Source: the human T2T-CHM13v2.0 reference genome, Homo sapiens
Length of the DNA stretch: 64,000 nt
Direction: 5' to 3' (one strand)
NCBI RefSeq assembly: GCF_009914755.1
Contig: NC_060937.1
The position numbers were made by a program, and so were the translations under genes. Below are positions 59,120 through 64,000 of this stretch, in pieces. How positions within the stretch are numbered: position 1 is the stretch's first letter; each line of letters begins with the position of its first letter. Below the pieces are notes generated by a model. That model had not been told where the DNA came from, did no database searches, and saw only the letters and a list, made by a program, of their open reading frames with translations.

Positions 59120-59268
59120 CAAATGACTTTTTAAAATCTTAATAGGCTGGCTTCCAAGTACAACTCATAAGTTGGGACAGCAGAATGGGAAAATGTAGAG
59201 AGCCTGGGAACCTGGTGGCATTGCTGAGGTGCCATTCTGATCCTAACTTGCCTGTCCCATGACTGCCC
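59120..59268 (-). pseudogene. Candidate first coding exon of the fossil gene
   Basis: ttctttattag acceptor; GCAGTCATGG Kozak context (ATG 59260); MGQAS*DQNGTSAMPPGSQALYIF. Confidence 0.3.
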
Positions 59269-59723
59269 CTAATAAAGAACTTACAATTGAGCAGTGCAAC
59301 TCTGGGGCAAAGGTAGAAGAAAAGAATTGGGTAAGTTAATTCTATGCTGTGGGAGAAAACAGAACTCAAAAAGAGGAACATCAAGGTTAGAAAATGTGAA
59401 GGATGAATATCTGATAAGATTGAATAAAAGTATAATATCTTGGTAATGTCTAAATTCAGTGAAATGGTGGGCCAGTCTTCAGTATGAGAGAAAGCAGAAC
59501 ATTTGACCCAGGCACTGTGCTATGAAGGGCACGGGGTTCTCTCTCAAAGCTACTACTAATACACTGAAGGCCACTGTCATGATGTCATGATGAACTGCAC
59601 ACAAACACATTTCCATCTAATGAGATACACTTTCATTCATTCACTGAGCTTCATTCACTGAGCTTTCTCTTCTCCTTCTTCTTCTTTTTTTTTTTTTTTG
59701 AAAACCGTATAGACAAATGCAAG

Positions 59724-60022
59724 ATTTTTTTTTTTTTTTTGAGATGGAGTCTTGCTCTGTCGCCCAGGCTGAAGTTCAGTGGCATGATCTCGGCTCACTG
59801 CAACCTCTGCCTCCCAGGTTCAAGGGATTCTCCTTCCTCAGCCTTCCAAGTAGCTGAGATTATAGGCACCCACCACCACGCCTGGCTAATTTTTGTATTT
59901 TTAATAGAGACAGGGTTTCACCATGTCGGCCAGGCTGGTCTTGAACTCCTGGCCTCAAGTGATCCACTCGCCTCGGCCTCCCAAAGTGCTGGGGTTACAG
60001 GCGTGAGCCACCGTGCCCGGCC
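59724..60022 (-). mobile_element. AluS
   Basis: TSD aaat(g/t)caagat. Confidence 0.96.
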
Positions 60023-60336
60023 AAATTCAAGATCTTTTTTAAATGAAAAATCATCTATAAACATTCTGATCTAAACTAAAATAAGTATTTTCATATTTTA
60101 AATTTCCTTTCCATATTTAATTTGTGTCATTATGACCATTGTGAACATAAAGCTTGCTTTCTACTTTTTTCTACTTATTATACCATAAACATATTTCTGT
60201 GTTCATAATTGTCACTTTAAATGCTGTCATCTGCAAGGCTTTAAGCTAGAAACTAGGGTTTATTCTGAATACTCAGCTGAACAATTGAAAGCTTTTTTTT
60301 TTCTTTTTTTAAATCTCTGAATCCCAGTAAAGAGAT

Positions 60337-60855
60337 CTGTTGTTTTTGCCTGCTCAGCATTCATTTGCCCTTCTGCAAGGACCATGTCACAAGAACAATC
60401 TCCTTTTGGAACACCAACCTACTCCTACCTAAGCCCATTTGGTTGAGGTAGGGTTGACCCCAGCCCAGGAGTTGGGTAGTGACTGGATTGGACGAACTGA
60501 CTGCATGGGGAAAAAAAGCATGTGACCCTAGTCAGTCCAGTGAGAAATAATCTTTTGCAAGAAAAGTTCTCTATCTGCTGGATTTGAAGCTAGTGGAGTG
60601 TAGGCCTGAATTTACTAAGGGGTTGCCACAGGCAAGTTTTTGTCTGGAATTCCAGTTAACATAGAAGAGTAGATTTGGACAAGGGATATGGAAAAGGAGA
60701 AGAAAAAAAGGCCAAGCTCTATCTGACCTTTTTTGAGTCACTGAATGTAGCTGTGCCTGATTTTTCAAATATTTGAGCCAATAAATTCCCTTTAAGGTTT
60801 AAGCTAATTTGAGTTAGACTTCTATAACTTGGAACCAAAATAGTCTTGAATGATA
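60337..60855 (+). mobile_element. MLT1-type LTR
   Basis: gcatgtgacccta...tgagccaataaattccc...agttagacttctataacttgg. Confidence 0.65.
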
Positions 60856-60976
60856 CTATATCTAAGAAACCAGACACGAAAACAATAATGAAGAGGCTAT
60901 CTAAGCTTAGAGCCTTTGATGTAGGGAATATATAACAACTTTCTCTGTTCATGTATTTATTTCATCTTTCACCAAG

Positions 60977-61396
60977 GACTATAGTTTGGATATTCGTCCC
61001 CTCCAAAACTCATGTTGAAATTTGATCCCCAATGTTGGAGATAGGGCCTAACGGGAGGTGTTTGGGTAATGGGGGCAGATCTCTTGTTAATAGATGAATG
61101 CCCTCCCTGAGGTGGGAGAGAGTGAGTGAGTTCTCTGTTAGTTACCATGAGAACTGGTTGTTGAAAAGAGCCTGGCACCACCTCCTTCTCTCTCTTGCTT
61201 CCCTTGTGATCCCTGCACATGCTGGCTCCCATTCACCTTCCACCATGAGTAGAGGCAGCCTGAGGCCCTCACCAAAGGCAAATGCTGATGCCATACTTCT
61301 TCTACAGTCTGCAGAACTGTGAGCCAAATAAACTTTTCTTTATAAACTGCGCAGCCTCAGGTATTCTTTTATAGCAACACTAAATGGAATAAGACA
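60977..61396 (+). mobile_element. MSTB-type MaLR LTR
   Basis: ctatagtttggatattcgtcccctccaaaactcatgttgaaatttgatcccc...tatagcaacactaaatggaataagaca. Confidence 0.9.
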
Positions 61397-61902
61397 CCCA
61401 GATATAAATTAAATATGATAAATGGGGTCTAAAACTTGAAATTTATCAAATGCAGAGTTGTGTTATTATGAGGTTCATCAAGTGACTGAGTGAGCCTGCA
61501 GAGCTAGCTGGGTTGTTCCAGGGTTTGGCTGCAGAATCCAAATCCAACCTTTTTCTAGCTGCTGCTTGCTGCTTCCTGATAATCAGAGTTGTCCACTCTG
61601 CCTTACATAATGGGGGGACAGGATAAGTGGCAGTGATTTGAGGGTTCTGCTGCTTAGTTGGAAACTTTTGTTGATCTGATCCAAGATGAATGGGTTAGAA
61701 GAATACTGGGGACTCAGGGACCTGCCTAAGGACTCTCTTCCCTGACCCAGGCCTCTCCTCCCCTCCCTCACTTTCTCCTTTACTAGAAAAGAACTTTAGT
61801 TGTGAACAGGACTGGACAGAGGAATATACCCAATTAGCTCTATCTCAGGGTTTTTCTGCTGTTGAGTTCGTTATCTCTTATCCTGTTGCAGACATGTTAA
61901 AA

Positions 61903-61998
61903 GTATATATATGTATGTGTGTACATATATATGTATGTATGCATGTATGTGTGTACATATATATGTATGTATGCATGTATATGTGTGTCTGTGTATAT
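61903..61998. repeat. (TATG/TA/TG) alternating repeat with a ~32-bp tandem duplication
   Basis: Visible. Confidence 0.9.
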
Positions 61999-64000
61999 GA
62001 TTTAATTTAGTCCTAAGTTGATATAAGGCAAGTCCTATTCATTTGGCCATTTTATAGATGAGAAAATTATTGAATATCAATAGAAATGACCCCGGATGCT
62101 CCACTTTGAGCCCCTCATTTTACACATGAGGACTGGGAGCCATGAGTGGTCACAGCTGGTCCAAAAATATCCAGCAAGGTGGTAACAAGCTCAGGGATTG
62201 AGCTCAGTCCCGGGACTCAGTTCTTCTTTCCTTCCCTTATGCTCACTGTGTTCTTTGTTTTTCTGGCTCATAGCACTTAAGAACAGATACAGAAATTGGG
62301 GGAAATTAATATTTGACAATGAAAAATAGAGATAGAATGCCAAACTTCAAAAACAGTGACGAGGGAATAAGAAATTGGGGGAACAGGCCATTTTGGAGTT
62401 CGGTAAAAACAGGAGAGAGAAGATCCAGACAGAGCCTCCCTTAGAAAAGAGAAGAAACAGAGCTCATGTTCTTACTTTTAACTGCCATATTTATGATCTC
62501 CCCTTCCAGGTTCAAAAAGAACCTTGATGGAGAAAATAAACATGAAAAAAACCTCAAAAATGGTTAAGAAATGAAATTTTTACCATTGAAAGGAAAGAGA
62601 ATACATGTCAAAAGAGGTAGTATTTTCCTAATTATTAAATAACTTCTAGCAAGACAGTCGGGAATAGGTAAGTGCAAGCAGTGGACTTACGATTGGGTAG
62701 AAATCAGGGATTGTGAGATGAAGGTGATTTCGAAAATCAAAATAACAGAGATAGTGGGTAATTTGCTCACCTAATTAAGGCTCAAGTTAAGCTCAAGTCA
62801 GTGAAGCTAGTACTTGAATGATGCCTACGGTGAGTGACTGGGGTCAATCTGTGTGCTCTCCTACTCCATCCCATCGTAAGGAAACACATTAAAAGAAAGA
62901 AATGGCCAGTTTCTCATCTTTCTTAATGCATCACACGGATCAGATCCAAGCACAAATCTCTCTTAAAGAGCTTGGATAAGCACCACATGGTGCCGAGTAA
63001 AACAGACACAAAGAACCCCAAGGTGGCTTATTTAACTCACTAATTGTTAACTGGTGGGAGGTGGGTGATGGCAGAGAGCAGGAATGGGCCCGCCTTCTGC
63101 ATGAATGAATTCAGCACATGGAATTCATGTTCATATTTACATTTATAGCTTACAGAATTTCTATGTCATTGACCCCAAGCTGATAAACATAATTACAAAG
63201 TTCATTTTAATTTCACAGACTTGGCCAATCTCATCAGTCTCCCCATTAGGTTTTCATATTAAAAGAAAGAGGAGAAAAATGAGAAAGCATATATTTATAG
63301 CCAAGAATAAATATAACAATAATAAAGGAAATAAAAAAGGAAAACGAATCTTGGCACAGTTACTTAAATTTTTCCACCTTTCTCATATGGATGGTTTCCA
63401 AGTTCTACCATTTCAAAGAAAACACCTCATCGAAGAACATGTAATTGCATGTTGTTTCCATTCTTTAAATGGGGGAAATGAAGGCTTTTCACATACACAT
63501 CATCAGCTGTGCCCCAGGAAACCTTCCATTCTTTCCAAATTAGTTTTTGTATCATTAAACCAATCAGCATTAGGTGCTTAGGATTAGTTTCTGGAATAAA
63601 CCCTGAATCATTACCTGTATCATGTATGTAATAAAATCAAATAATGACATCATTATTAGCACATGAGCACTGACCCTAAGTGACCAGGACCAAAAGAAAT
63701 CAGGGCAGTCCTAATACGAATCAGGCAGGATGCCTAATGAAAATCAAACAGCAAGCCTAATAAGAAACAATGTATTTTGCCTCTCTTTCAAATTCACTTT
63801 TGATTTGCTTTTCATGAGAATCCCTGTTTGAAGTGGAGCTCCCGCAGGCTAGAATTCTCAGGGCTAACTTTGAGATGAGTAACTCCCAGGTGGTTCTCTG
63901 GGCCATTTGATCTAGGACAAGAACCACTCACTCATGCAGCAAGTATTTGTTGGGCATTTACCATAACCATAGGTTTCATCGTGGCTGTTTTTCATCCAAC

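Noticed and set aside
63105-63581. 158-aa plus-strand ORF
   Set aside because: No recognisable motif or splice context; A-rich, probably chance.

Overview
AT-rich, repeat-dense primate genomic DNA. A full-length L1PA3/L1PA2-type element and AluY copies point to a great ape or human. I see no intact protein-coding gene: the long ORFs in the track are L1, Alu or microsatellite read-throughs. A large part of the window is transposon-derived (L1PA, L1PB, L1M, Alu, MIR, L2, CR1, MaLR LTRs, Tigger2, MER6). Manual reading of the unique DNA between repeats finds about 40 decayed, co-oriented minus-strand exon candidates running from ~59 kb to beyond the left edge. Many have AG/GT splice sites and phase-compatible junctions. 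By eye, the translations give, N to C: RRM-like x2-3, Tudor x2, Schlafen/AlbA_2, Tudor x2, Schlafen/AlbA_2, Tudor, a helical region, an unassigned domain, and several KH-like domains. This looks like an ancient unitary pseudogene, or two tandem ones, for a large RNA-processing protein that may have acted in small-RNA/piRNA biology. Domain calls are motif recognition, not database hits. Other observations: a 183-bp inverted duplication of one fossil exon, an L1 3' transduction, a nested palindrome, and three Alus with the same B-box deletion.
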